NCBI GenBank assembly: GCA_964483105.1
Contig: CAYZZU010000012.1
Span: forward strand, 10,275-74,274
Direction: 5' to 3'
DNA: 64,000 nt
DNA from: an uncultured Nitrospirota bacterium
GTDB taxonomy: Bacteria; CG2-30-53-67
The translations under genes were made by a program, and so were the position numbers. Positions 29,886-38,485 of this stretch are shown piece after piece (the first letter of the stretch is position 1; each line of letters starts with the position of its first letter). A model generated the notes under the pieces. That model had not been told where the DNA came from, searched no databases, and saw only the letters and a program-made list of their open reading frames with translations.

Positions 29886-30039
29886 CTATCCTGTCGATCC
29901 GGTTCATCCTGTCAAAAAGGTTTGGTTGTGGAGATCGCATCACTCTTCTTGGTTTTTGGTTTGAGGGGGCAAGGAAGAAGGAGAGCGCCGCAGAAGAATG
30001 AAAAAATATTACATGATAATAAAAAAAATAAAAAAACAT

Positions 30040-30068
30040 TTGACAAGCATGACCCGTCGTGGTACGTT
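30040..30068 (+). promoter_or_regulatory. putative sigma-70 promoter of the rpiR-BMC locus (TTGACA-17-TACGTT) preceded by an A/T tract
   Basis: -35 TTGACA at 30040-30045, 17-nt spacer, -10 TACGTT. A strikingly AT-rich tract at 29990-30040 sits upstream of the RpiR gene start. Confidence 0.4.
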
Positions 30069-30085
30069 GATGCAGAGGGGGAGCC

Positions 30086-30970
30086 ATGCGAAAGAAAGTG
30101 AGGAAGAAGCCGGTGCGAGGGGAAGAGGCTTCGGGGTGCCTGGTCCGGATGCGGGGGGTTCTGCCGTCCCTCCACAGGGCGGAGAAAAAAGTGGCGGACT
30201 ACATCCTGTCCCATGCGGGTGAGATCATGCATCTGACCGTCAGTGAGGTGGCCGTGGGCGCAGGCGCTTCGGAGGCCACGGTGGTCCGGTTCTGCAGGAC
30301 GCTGGGGTACCGGGGGTATCAAGATCTCAAACTCAGTCTGGTCCGGGAGTCTGCTCCCGCGGTGAAGAGCATCGATGCGGAGCTTTCGACCTCTGACGAT
30401 GTCTCCACGATCTGCCGGAAGGTCTTTCTGAACAATATCCGGACCCTGGAGGATACTCTGAAGATCCTGGATGTCGGAGAGGTGGAACGTGCCGCGGAAT
30501 GTCTTCTCAAGGCCCGCAAGGTGTTGCTGATCGGTGTGGGAACTTCCTCTCCCTACGTCTATGATGCCTACAACAAGCTCTTTCGGCTGGGGATCGAATG
30601 TGATTGGCAGACCGACAGTCATCTTCAGGTGATGGCGGCATCCCTTCTGAAACGGGGGGATGTGGTGCTGGCGATTTCTCATTCGGGGAGCACCAAAGAC
30701 CCGATTGAGACGGTCGGAATCGCGAAGAAGGCGGGAGCCGTGGCGATCTGCATTACCAACAACTCGCTGTCACCTCTGGCCCAGGCTGCGGATATCCGTC
30801 TGTATACGGCCTCCGGGGAGACCCACTACCGGGCTGAGGCGCTTTCTTCACGGATCGCCCAGGTGAGTATCATCGACGTCCTGCATATGATCCTGGCCCT
30901 CAGGAACACCCGGAGGACGCTTGCGAATATGAAGAAGATAGAGGAGGCAATCGTCATCAAACAATATTGA
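30086..30970 (+). CDS. MurR/RpiR family transcriptional regulator (HTH_6 + SIS)
   Basis: N-terminal HTH and a SIS sugar-phosphate-binding domain. First gene of the BMC locus. Confidence 0.8.
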   Translation: MRKKVRKKPVRGEEASGCLVRMRGVLPSLHRAEKKVADYILSHAGEIMHLTVSEVAVGAGASEATVVRFCRTLGYRGYQDLKLSLVRESAPAVKSIDAELSTSDDVSTICRKVFLNNIRTLEDTLKILDVGEVERAAECLLKARKVLLIGVGTSSPYVYDAYNKLFRLGIECDWQTDSHLQVMAASLLKRGDVVLAISHSGSTKDPIETVGIAKKAGAVAICITNNSLSPLAQAADIRLYTASGETHYRAEALSSRIAQVSIIDVLHMILALRNTRRTLANMKKIEEAIVIKQY

Positions 30971-30999
30971 CGGTTTCGTAAAAAGTCCATCCGCTGCCA

Positions 31000-31644
31000 A
31001 TGATCAGGGGGGCCGGTAGAATGATTGATCTTCGAACCTTTATTTTTATGGATAGCCTGCAGCCGCAGATTGCCTGCTTCATCGGTTCTTCGGCCAAGGG
31101 GTTTCTCCCGCTGTCCGGAGATGCCTCTCTCTTTGTGGAGATCGCGCCGGGGATTGCCATCAACAAGATTACCGATGTGGCCCTGAAGGCGACGCGCGTC
31201 CGTCCCGCTGTTCAGATCGTGGAGCGGGCCTTCGGGGTGCTGGAGGTGCATGCCGAATCTCAGGGGCAGGTGAGGAGGGCCGGGGAAGCCATTCTGAATG
31301 AGTTGGGGTTCCGCGAGGAGGACCGTTTCCGGCCGAAGATCGTTTCGACCCAGATTATCCGGAAGGTGGATGCTCATCAGGCGCAACTGATCAACCGGAA
31401 TCGGAGGGGATCGATGTTGATTCCGGATCAGACCCTTTTCGTGATGGAAACCTGGCCGGCCGGTTATGCCATCTATGCGGCCAACGAAGCGGAGAAGGCG
31501 GCCGAGATCACGATCGTGGAGGTCCGGCCCTTTGGTGCCTACGGACGGATCTATCTCGGTGGCGAAGAGGCCGATATCATGGTCGGAAGCGAGGCTGCGG
31601 TTCGAGCGGTGGAGGAAATATCGGGAACCGAAAAGGAACAATAA
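31000..31644 (+). CDS. BMC-T shell protein (tandem BMC domains, PduB/EutL-like)
   Basis: Two BMC-like segments ([30 protein letters not shown] and [42 protein letters not shown]). An alternative start at 31021 has a better SD. Confidence 0.55.
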   Translation: MIRGAGRMIDLRTFIFMDSLQPQIACFIGSSAKGFLPLSGDASLFVEIAPGIAINKITDVALKATRVRPAVQIVERAFGVLEVHAESQGQVRRAGEAILNELGFREEDRFRPKIVSTQIIRKVDAHQAQLINRNRRGSMLIPDQTLFVMETWPAGYAIYAANEAEKAAEITIVEVRPFGAYGRIYLGGEEADIMVGSEAAVRAVEEISGTEKEQ

Positions 31645-31646
31645 TC

Positions 31647-31976
31647 ATGCCGCCGGACTCAGGGCGGCAAGCTGCGAAGGAGAGTGTGATGGCTGAGGCG
31701 TTGGGTATGATCGAAACAAAGGGGTTCGCCGCCATGGTGGAGGCCTCCGATGCGATGGTCAAGGCGGCCAAGGTGGAGTTGGTCAGCTACGAGAAGATCG
31801 GAGGCGGCTATGTGACGGCGATCGTACGCGGGGATGTGGCGGCGGTCAAGGCTGCCACCGAGGCGGGCGCGCGGGGCGCCGAAAGGGTCGGTGACCTGGT
31901 GGCGGTCCATGTGATTCCGAGACCGCATGAGAATATCGACCGCACCCTGCCTCTGGGGAGACAGTCTCAGGAGTAA
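31647..31976 (+). CDS. BMC-H shell protein (PduA/EutM-like, PF00936)
   Basis: [58 protein letters not shown] is the canonical BMC domain. Confidence 0.9.
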   Translation: MPPDSGRQAAKESVMAEALGMIETKGFAAMVEASDAMVKAAKVELVSYEKIGGGYVTAIVRGDVAAVKAATEAGARGAERVGDLVAVHVIPRPHENIDRTLPLGRQSQE

Positions 31977-32091
31977 TCCCTGTCACGATGTCTGTAAGGG
32001 GGAGTGCGGGCCCCGCCGGGGCCGAAACGCGCCGTTCGGTCCGGAGCCGGAAACCGGTGAAATGGGAGGTCTTTTTGACCGGGGGGATGTG

Positions 32092-32385
32092 ATGTATTTC
32101 GGGAAGATCGTCGGAACGGTAGTCTCTACGCGGAAAGACAAGGGCCTTGTGGGATTGACCTTGTTCGTTGTGCGGCAGATGGATATGGAAGGGGGGTTTA
32201 CCGGGGCCTATGTTGTGGCCTCCGACTCCGTGGGTGCCGGTGTCGGCGAAGTGGTCCTCTATGCCACCGGGAGTTCGGCCCGGCAGACCGAGGACACCCG
32301 GGACCGGCCCAATGACGCCGTGATCATGGCCATTGTGGATACCTGGGAGGTCGGCGGTCGGACTATCTTCCAGAAGAACGAGTAA
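32092..32385 (+). CDS. BMC-P vertex protein (EutN/CcmL family), paralog 1
   Basis: [16 protein letters not shown]...[12 protein letters not shown] is the EutN/CcmL fold. Start taken at the ATG at 32092 within the longer ORF. Confidence 0.8.
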   Translation: MYFGKIVGTVVSTRKDKGLVGLTLFVVRQMDMEGGFTGAYVVASDSVGAGVGEVVLYATGSSARQTEDTRDRPNDAVIMAIVDTWEVGGRTIFQKNE

Positions 32386-32397
32386 TTCGAGGGATTC

Positions 32398-33852
32398 ATG
32401 CAATGGACTGAAGACCGGATCGCCTCCCTGGTCGACCGGGTGATCATATCGCTGAAAGAAGAGGGGGTTCTTCCCGAGTCTGGGCGGCCGTCTCTCCCGT
32501 CCGGCGGGGAAATCGCCGATTCCGGGGTCGGAGTCTTCCCGGATATGGACACGGCCCTGAAGGCCGCGCAACAGGCCTTTGAGGAATTCAGCCGGATCCC
32601 GATCGAGGCCCGGAAGGGAATCATCCGGGCCATGCGGGAGGCGGCTCTCGGGGAGGCGGTCTCCCTCGCCGAACTGGCCCGGGAGGAGACCGGTCTGGGC
32701 AGGGCCTCCGACAAGGCGGAAAAGAACCGGCTGGTCGCCGAGAAGACCCCGGGGGTGGAGGAGTTGCTTCCGGAGGCTTGGTCCGGCGATCACGGTCTGA
32801 CCCTGACGGAGCGGGCCCCCTTCGGGGTGATCGGGGCCGTCACCCCGGTGACCAATCCCTCCTCCACCATCATCTGCAACAGCATCGGAATGGTGGCGGG
32901 AGGCAATGCCGTGGTGTTCAATCCACATCCCACGGCCCGCAGGACGTCGATCGCCACCCTCACACTCCTGAACCGGGCGATCGCCTCGGCGGGCGGGCCC
33001 GAAACGCTCCTCTGTACGGTGAGACAGCCTACGATCGAGACCGCGGTGGAGTTGATGCATCACCGGGGGATCCGCCTTCTTGTGGTGACCGGAGGTCCGG
33101 GTGTGGTCCGGGCGGCCTTGAACAGCGGGAAAAAAGTGATCGCCGCGGGCCCCGGAAATCCGCCGGTCGTGGTGGACGAAACCGCCGACCTGGCCCGGGC
33201 GGCGCGGGATATTGTTCAGGGGGGATCCTTCGACAACAACCTGGTCTGTATCCTGGAAAAGGTGATTATCGTGGTGGAAGAGGTTGCCGATGAACTGAAA
33301 CGGGAGCTTGGCCGTCATTATGCCGTGGAGGTCCGGGGATCTTCGGCGCGCCGGTTGATCAGGAGAATCATCGCCGAGACCCGGGGGCCGAGAAAACGCG
33401 GTATTCCCGACAAGGCGTTCGTGGGAAAGGATGCCGCCTGGATCCTGCAGGAAGTGCTGGACCGGGAGGTGGATCCGGAGACCCGGATGGTCGTGATCGA
33501 GGTCGACCGGGAGAACCCGCTCGTCTGGACGGAGCAATTGATGCCGGTTCTTCCCCTGGTCCGTGTTCCGAACGTGGAGGAGGCCATCGCCTTCGCGAAA
33601 GAGGTCGAAGAGGGGTGCGGACATACCGCGTCGATGCATTCGAGGAATATCGAAAACCTGAGCCGGATGGCCCGCATGATCAACACCTCGATCTTTGTGA
33701 AGAACGGCCCCACACTGGCCGGTTTGGGCTACGGGGGAGAGGGGTTCACCTCTTTTACCATTGCGAGTCCCACCGGTGAGGGGCTGACCTCGGCGATTCA
33801 TTTTACGCGGAAACGGCGTTGCGTGATCGTTGATTCCTTCCGGATCGTTTGA
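32398..33852 (+). CDS. CoA-acylating aldehyde dehydrogenase (PduP/EutE family) with N-terminal encapsulation-peptide-like helix
   Basis: ALDH fold with the FDNNLVC catalytic-Cys region. N-terminal amphipathic DRIASLVDRVIISLKEEG followed by a Pro/Gly-rich linker. Confidence 0.85.
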   Translation: MQWTEDRIASLVDRVIISLKEEGVLPESGRPSLPSGGEIADSGVGVFPDMDTALKAAQQAFEEFSRIPIEARKGIIRAMREAALGEAVSLAELAREETGLGRASDKAEKNRLVAEKTPGVEELLPEAWSGDHGLTLTERAPFGVIGAVTPVTNPSSTIICNSIGMVAGGNAVVFNPHPTARRTSIATLTLLNRAIASAGGPETLLCTVRQPTIETAVELMHHRGIRLLVVTGGPGVVRAALNSGKKVIAAGPGNPPVVVDETADLARAARDIVQGGSFDNNLVCILEKVIIVVEEVADELKRELGRHYAVEVRGSSARRLIRRIIAETRGPRKRGIPDKAFVGKDAAWILQEVLDREVDPETRMVVIEVDRENPLVWTEQLMPVLPLVRVPNVEEAIAFAKEVEEGCGHTASMHSRNIENLSRMARMINTSIFVKNGPTLAGLGYGGEGFTSFTIASPTGEGLTSAIHFTRKRRCVIVDSFRIV

Positions 33853-33879
33853 ACCGGGAGATCCGAAAGAGGCGTGTTG

Positions 33880-35196
33880 ATGAGTAGTCTGGTCGATCAG
33901 GTCCGGGATGCGGGAGTGGTCGGGGCCGGCGGCGCGGGATTTCCCACGCATGTCAAGATCTCCGGGAACGCGGGGGTTGTGATTGCCAATGGGGCCGAGT
34001 GCGAACCCCTGCTTCGGGTGGACCGGCAGATCATGGACCGGTACGCGGGAGATGTGGTCCGGGGACTTTTACGGGTGATGGAGGCCGTGGGGGCGGGGGA
34101 AGGGGTCATCGCCTTAAAAGAGAAGTACCGTCAGGCGACGGCGTCACTGGAGAAGGAGATCGCGGGGATTTCCGGGGTCCGGCTCCATCTCCTGGAAAAC
34201 TTCTATCCGGCGGGAGATGAACAGGTCCTGATACAACAGGTGACCGGGAAGGTGGTGCCGGAGGGGGGGATTCCTCTCGATGTCGGCGTCCTGGTCCAGA
34301 ATGTTGCGACACTGCGGAATATTGAATGGGCCGCGCGGGGCATCCCGGTCACGGAAAAGATCGTCACGGTGACCGGGGCGGTACCACGCCCCGCGACCGT
34401 CAGCGTTCCGATCGGGACCCCTGTTTCGGAATTGATCCGGGACCGCGGCGGGGCGGAACCGGAGAAGTTCGAGGTGATCCTGGGGGGACCGGTGATGGGG
34501 CGGCTTGCCGGCGTCGACGACACGATCGGCAAGACCACTGGAGCCGTGATTGTACTCCCCGCGGATCATCCGGTGGTGCTTTCCCGGAAAATCAATCTTT
34601 CGGTTCAGGTACGAAGGGCGCGGTCGGTCTGCGACCAGTGTCTCGCCTGCACGGAGAGGTGCCCCCGGTTCCTGCTTGGACACGAAATCGAGCCCCACCG
34701 GATGATGCGCGCCGTAATGCACGACCTGGAGACACCTACCGGGGCGATCACCCAGGCCTATCTCTGCTGCGGCTGTAGGCTCTGCGAGTATGCCTGTCCG
34801 GTTCTGCTTTCGCCGGTCAGTCTTTTCTCCGAGATCCGGAGGAGACTGGCGGAAAAAAAAGTGCTCAATCCACACCGCCGGAAGGACTGCGTTCCTCATG
34901 AATGGATGGAGATGCGCCGGGTTCCGGTGGACCGGCTGCTTCAATCCCTGCATCTTGAGGAATACGACCGGGAGGCACCGCTTTCGGAAGCGGGTTTTCA
35001 GCCCCGGCGGGTGTCGATTTCCCTTCAGCAGCACATCGGGGCTCCGGCCATCCCGGCGGTTGACGAGGGGGATCGCGTCCGGCGGGGGGACCGGATCGCC
35101 GAAATCCCGGAAGGGAGATTGGGGGCGACGCTTCATGCCTCCATCGATGGCACGGTGCGGCGGGTACGGGAACGGATTGTGATTGAGAAGGGGTAG
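33880..35196 (+). CDS. PduS/RnfC-like flavo-iron-sulfur protein (SLBB domain + two 4Fe-4S motifs)
   Basis: GAGGAGFPTHVK NADH/FMN-binding region, then CDQCLACTERCP and CCGCRLCEYACP ferredoxin motifs. GTG at 33874 is an alternative start. Confidence 0.7.
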   Translation: MSSLVDQVRDAGVVGAGGAGFPTHVKISGNAGVVIANGAECEPLLRVDRQIMDRYAGDVVRGLLRVMEAVGAGEGVIALKEKYRQATASLEKEIAGISGVRLHLLENFYPAGDEQVLIQQVTGKVVPEGGIPLDVGVLVQNVATLRNIEWAARGIPVTEKIVTVTGAVPRPATVSVPIGTPVSELIRDRGGAEPEKFEVILGGPVMGRLAGVDDTIGKTTGAVIVLPADHPVVLSRKINLSVQVRRARSVCDQCLACTERCPRFLLGHEIEPHRMMRAVMHDLETPTGAITQAYLCCGCRLCEYACPVLLSPVSLFSEIRRRLAEKKVLNPHRRKDCVPHEWMEMRRVPVDRLLQSLHLEEYDREAPLSEAGFQPRRVSISLQQHIGAPAIPAVDEGDRVRRGDRIAEIPEGRLGATLHASIDGTVRRVRERIVIEKG

Positions 35197-35234
35197 CCCT
35201 TCGGGAGCGGGAAGAGGGTCAAGGTGGAGGGAAG

Positions 35235-35798
35235 ATGAGTCCTGTTGGTTCGGAGCCTGCGCTCGGGCTCATTGAGTTTAACAGCATTGCCCAGGGGATT
35301 CATGCCTCGGACGAGATGATCAAGAAAGCTCCGATCCGGATGATTGAGAGCCGGACCGTCTGTCCGGGGAAGTATATCGCCCTGATTGTGGGTGATGAGG
35401 CCTCGGTAGAGGACTCCGTCCGGATCGGTCTGGAAGTGGGGGGACATTCGGTCGTGGATCAGCTCTTTCTTCCGAATCTCCATCCGCAGGTCACCCCGGC
35501 CATTACGGGGACCACGGAGATCTCCGGGATCATCGCCCTGGGGGTGATCGAGACCTTTTCCGTTGCCGGAGCCGTTCTCTCGGCCGACACAGCCGTCAAG
35601 GCGGCCGGGATCCGGCTGATCGAAATCCGTCTGGCCAACGGCCTCGGTGGTAAGTCCTTTTTCACATTGACCGGAGAGTTGCCTGACGTTCTCGCCGCCG
35701 TTGAGGCGGGAACCGGGATCATCCGGGAGGAGGGTCTCCTCGTGAACCAGGTGGTTTTGCCTAAACCGCATGGGGAGTTGACGAAGTTTCTGGTTTGA
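35235..35798 (+). CDS. BMC-T shell protein, PduT-like (tandem BMC domains, Cys at pore position)
   Basis: Two PF00936 repeats (ALGLIEFNSIAQG... and ALGVIETFSVAGAV...), 187 aa. Cys in RTVCPGKY is reminiscent of the PduT 4Fe-4S ligand. Confidence 0.75.
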   Translation: MSPVGSEPALGLIEFNSIAQGIHASDEMIKKAPIRMIESRTVCPGKYIALIVGDEASVEDSVRIGLEVGGHSVVDQLFLPNLHPQVTPAITGTTEISGIIALGVIETFSVAGAVLSADTAVKAAGIRLIEIRLANGLGGKSFFTLTGELPDVLAAVEAGTGIIREEGLLVNQVVLPKPHGELTKFLV

Positions 35799-35817
35799 GA
35801 ATCAGGAGTCGGGAGCC

Positions 35818-36126
35818 ATGTTCCTTGGCAGGGTGCTGGGCACCGTGGTGGCCACAATGAAGAGTGAGGGACTGGAGGGGGTGAAACTCCTGATCGTTCA
35901 GCCGCTGAATCACAATCTGGATCCGGTCCAAGAGCCGATCGTAGCGGCGGATTCAGTCCAGGCCGGTCCCGGGGAGCTGGTCTTTCTGGAAGACGGGCGG
36001 GAGGCCTCCCTCTGCCTTCCCGTACCTTTTGTCCCCGTGGATGCCTCGGTCATCGGTCATGTGGACCGCGTGAATCTTCCGGGAGGCGTGAGCCCGGCTC
36101 CGCGGGAGGGGGGGCAAAGATGCTGA
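35818..36126 (+). CDS. BMC-P vertex protein (EutN/CcmL family), paralog 2
   Basis: MFLGRVLGTVVATMKSEG...VAADSVQAG is the EutN/CcmL fold. Confidence 0.8.
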   Translation: MFLGRVLGTVVATMKSEGLEGVKLLIVQPLNHNLDPVQEPIVAADSVQAGPGELVFLEDGREASLCLPVPFVPVDASVIGHVDRVNLPGGVSPAPREGGQRC

Positions 36127-36416
36127 TCGGAAGGGTCATCGGGGATATTGTCTCCACGGTCTGCGACACCTCCTTTGAGGGGAAGAAGCTCCTTCTGATT
36201 CAACCTCTGGACCCGGAGGGCGGAGAGTACGGAGATTCCCTGGTTGCGGCCGATTCCGTGCAGGCCGGTCTGGGGGAGACGGTACTCCTCTTATGGGAGG
36301 GCTCCTCGGCCAGGCTCTGTTTCGGGATGGATTCGGCGCCGGTGCGTACCATGGTGGTCGGGGTCATCGATTCGGTGGATCTGGAACCGCTGGAATCCGC
36401 GCTTTCAGGGGAGTAG
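36120..36416 (+). CDS. BMC-P vertex protein (EutN/CcmL family), paralog 3
   Basis: MLIGRVIGDIVSTVCD...VAADSVQAG. Overlaps the previous gene by 7 nt. Confidence 0.8.
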   Translation: MLIGRVIGDIVSTVCDTSFEGKKLLLIQPLDPEGGEYGDSLVAADSVQAGLGETVLLLWEGSSARLCFGMDSAPVRTMVVGVIDSVDLEPLESALSGE

Positions 36417-36421
36417 GGGAT

Positions 36422-37246
36422 ATGGTTGAGCGGAGGAAAACGGAACGGGAATTAAGGCTGGAGATCGTGGAAATCTGCCGGCGGATGTACGAAAAGGATC
36501 TGGTGGCGGCCACGGATGGGAATGTGAGTGTGCGGCTCCGGAAGGACCGGATCCTGGCTACGCCGAGCGGGCTCCACAAGGGAATTCTGAAAGTGGAGGA
36601 CCTGATCGTTACCGACCTGCAGGGACGGAAATGTTCCGGTGAACACAGACCTTCGTCGGAGCTCAGGATGCATCTGAAGGTTTACAGGGAGCGTCCCGAT
36701 GTCTCGGCCGTGATCCACGCCCATCCGCCGGTCAGTACCGCCTTTACCATTGCCGGGGTCTCCCTGGCCCGGTGCATCCTGCCGGAGGTGGTCCTGACCA
36801 TGGGGGGGATTCCGACCACGCAGTATGCCATGCCGACCTCCGAGCAGGGGCCGGAGGTGATCGAGGAGTTTATCGGAAAATGTGACGCCATGCTGCTGGA
36901 CCGGCATGGAACCCTGACCGTGGGCGACTCGCTCCAGGCCGCCTTCCATAAGCTGGAGAAGGTGGAACATGCGGCGAAAATCACCTGGATGGCCCGCCAA
37001 CTGGGGCATGTCCGGACACTGGAACCGAAGGAGATCGGGGATCTGCTGGAAACCCGAGAACGACTTGGTTTAAAAGGCAGGATCTACCACTGTTCCGATT
37101 GCGGGGCCTGCGGAAAGAAGAGAAGGGATGGGAGCGACTGGTCACAGGAGGACCGGGAAAGGAAGAGAGTCGACGAAGAACGGCTGGTTTCCCTGATCCT
37201 GGACCGGGTGAAAAAGGTCCTTTCCCCGGCATCCGGTTCTTCATAA
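36422..37246 (+). CDS. class II aldolase/adducin family protein (fuculose/rhamnulose-1-phosphate aldolase-like) with C-terminal extension
   Basis: Aldolase_II core (HAHP metal-binding His) over ~215 aa. It has a ~60-aa tail with CSDCGACG and an amphipathic EERLVSLILDRVKKVL helix. SD GGGGAG precedes the ATG at 36422. Confidence 0.8.
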   Translation: MVERRKTERELRLEIVEICRRMYEKDLVAATDGNVSVRLRKDRILATPSGLHKGILKVEDLIVTDLQGRKCSGEHRPSSELRMHLKVYRERPDVSAVIHAHPPVSTAFTIAGVSLARCILPEVVLTMGGIPTTQYAMPTSEQGPEVIEEFIGKCDAMLLDRHGTLTVGDSLQAAFHKLEKVEHAAKITWMARQLGHVRTLEPKEIGDLLETRERLGLKGRIYHCSDCGACGKKRRDGSDWSQEDRERKRVDEERLVSLILDRVKKVLSPASGSS

Positions 37247-37594
37247 ACAATGGGTAAAGAAGAACTCCGCAGGAATCCTGATATTTTCGTAATAAACAAA
37301 ACGCATAAAGAGAAAGCCTTATTTTTTTTCTTGAACATCAAGCGGGATCCTGTTATTTTCTGCCGATAGAAGATTTCGGGCGAGCTTCGGGCGGGTTTAA
37401 TTCTTTTTTGTTTTTCCATTACCCTCTGTTTTTTCCGGATCGTGGTTCTTGATTTCTCAAGATTCGTCCCGGGATCGCGACAGGCAGTCCGGATCAGGGA
37501 TTCTGTTTCAAAGAGGAAGATTGCGGCAGGGACCGTCTGGATTCCTCATTCTGCTTCCGTGAAATCCGGATTCATGCCGGAGGAGGATGGAAAG

Positions 37595-38485
37595 ATGCCC
37601 CGGATGGAAGCCGTGGACGCCAAACCTTTCCTGACGGAGTCGGAATTCACCGGTCTCGTCCGAATGATCTCCAAGCGTACCTCTGTTGATTTCCTCAATT
37701 ACAAAAAAAATTTTTTGAAAAGGCGGCTTCATCACCAACTGATGAAGTACCGTCTCTCCTCCTGGGAAGAGTATTCCGAGCTGCTGGCGGAGGGAAGGAT
37801 CGGTTCTCCGGAATTGATCAACGATTTTACGATTCACGTGACCCGCTTCTTTCGCGACCCCGCTCTCTTTGAGTATCTGAACAAACGGGTTTTCCGGCGT
37901 CTCTGGAAGCGACACCTGGCCCGGGGTGACCGGGAATTCCGGATCTGGGTCATGGGGTGTTCGACCGGAGAAGAGGCTTACTCCGTAGCCATTTCGCTCC
38001 TGGAGGCCGTCCGTCCGGATCTCACGCGGGATCCCATCCGTATTTTCGCCACCGATCTGGATGAAAAGGCGATTGAATATGCCCGGCGCGGAGAATATGG
38101 GTCCCAGTGGATATCGGGAGTGAAACCGGAGTTGAGAAAGAGGTATTTCCTTCCCGGATCCAGGGGGAAGGTGGTTCCCCGACTGCGTCGCATGATCCTT
38201 TTCGGCCGGCATGATCTCCTGAGGAATCCCTCGATTCTTCACCTGGATATGGTTTTTTGCAGGAATGTCCTGATCTTTCTGGATCGTTCGATACAGCATT
38301 CGCTCTATATGAAGTTTTATGATTCATTGAAGCCCGGTGGGATCCTGGTGATGGGGAGGGCCGAGTCTCCGACCCCCCATTCCCGTCAGGGAAGGTTCGA
38401 GCCCCTCTCTCTGGCGAACCGTGTTTTCAGAAAACAGGAGGTCCGTACTGATCCGGAGGGGCGAAGAGAGGGGAAAAAACCGTGA
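37595..38485 (+). CDS. cheR: CheR-type protein-glutamate O-methyltransferase
   Basis: CheR N-terminal helical domain plus SAM-binding motif (WVMGCSTGEEAYS). Start chosen at the ATG with SD GGAGGAGG. Stop overlaps the start of the downstream kinase (ATGA). Confidence 0.75.
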   Translation: MPRMEAVDAKPFLTESEFTGLVRMISKRTSVDFLNYKKNFLKRRLHHQLMKYRLSSWEEYSELLAEGRIGSPELINDFTIHVTRFFRDPALFEYLNKRVFRRLWKRHLARGDREFRIWVMGCSTGEEAYSVAISLLEAVRPDLTRDPIRIFATDLDEKAIEYARRGEYGSQWISGVKPELRKRYFLPGSRGKVVPRLRRMILFGRHDLLRNPSILHLDMVFCRNVLIFLDRSIQHSLYMKFYDSLKPGGILVMGRAESPTPHSRQGRFEPLSLANRVFRKQEVRTDPEGRREGKKP

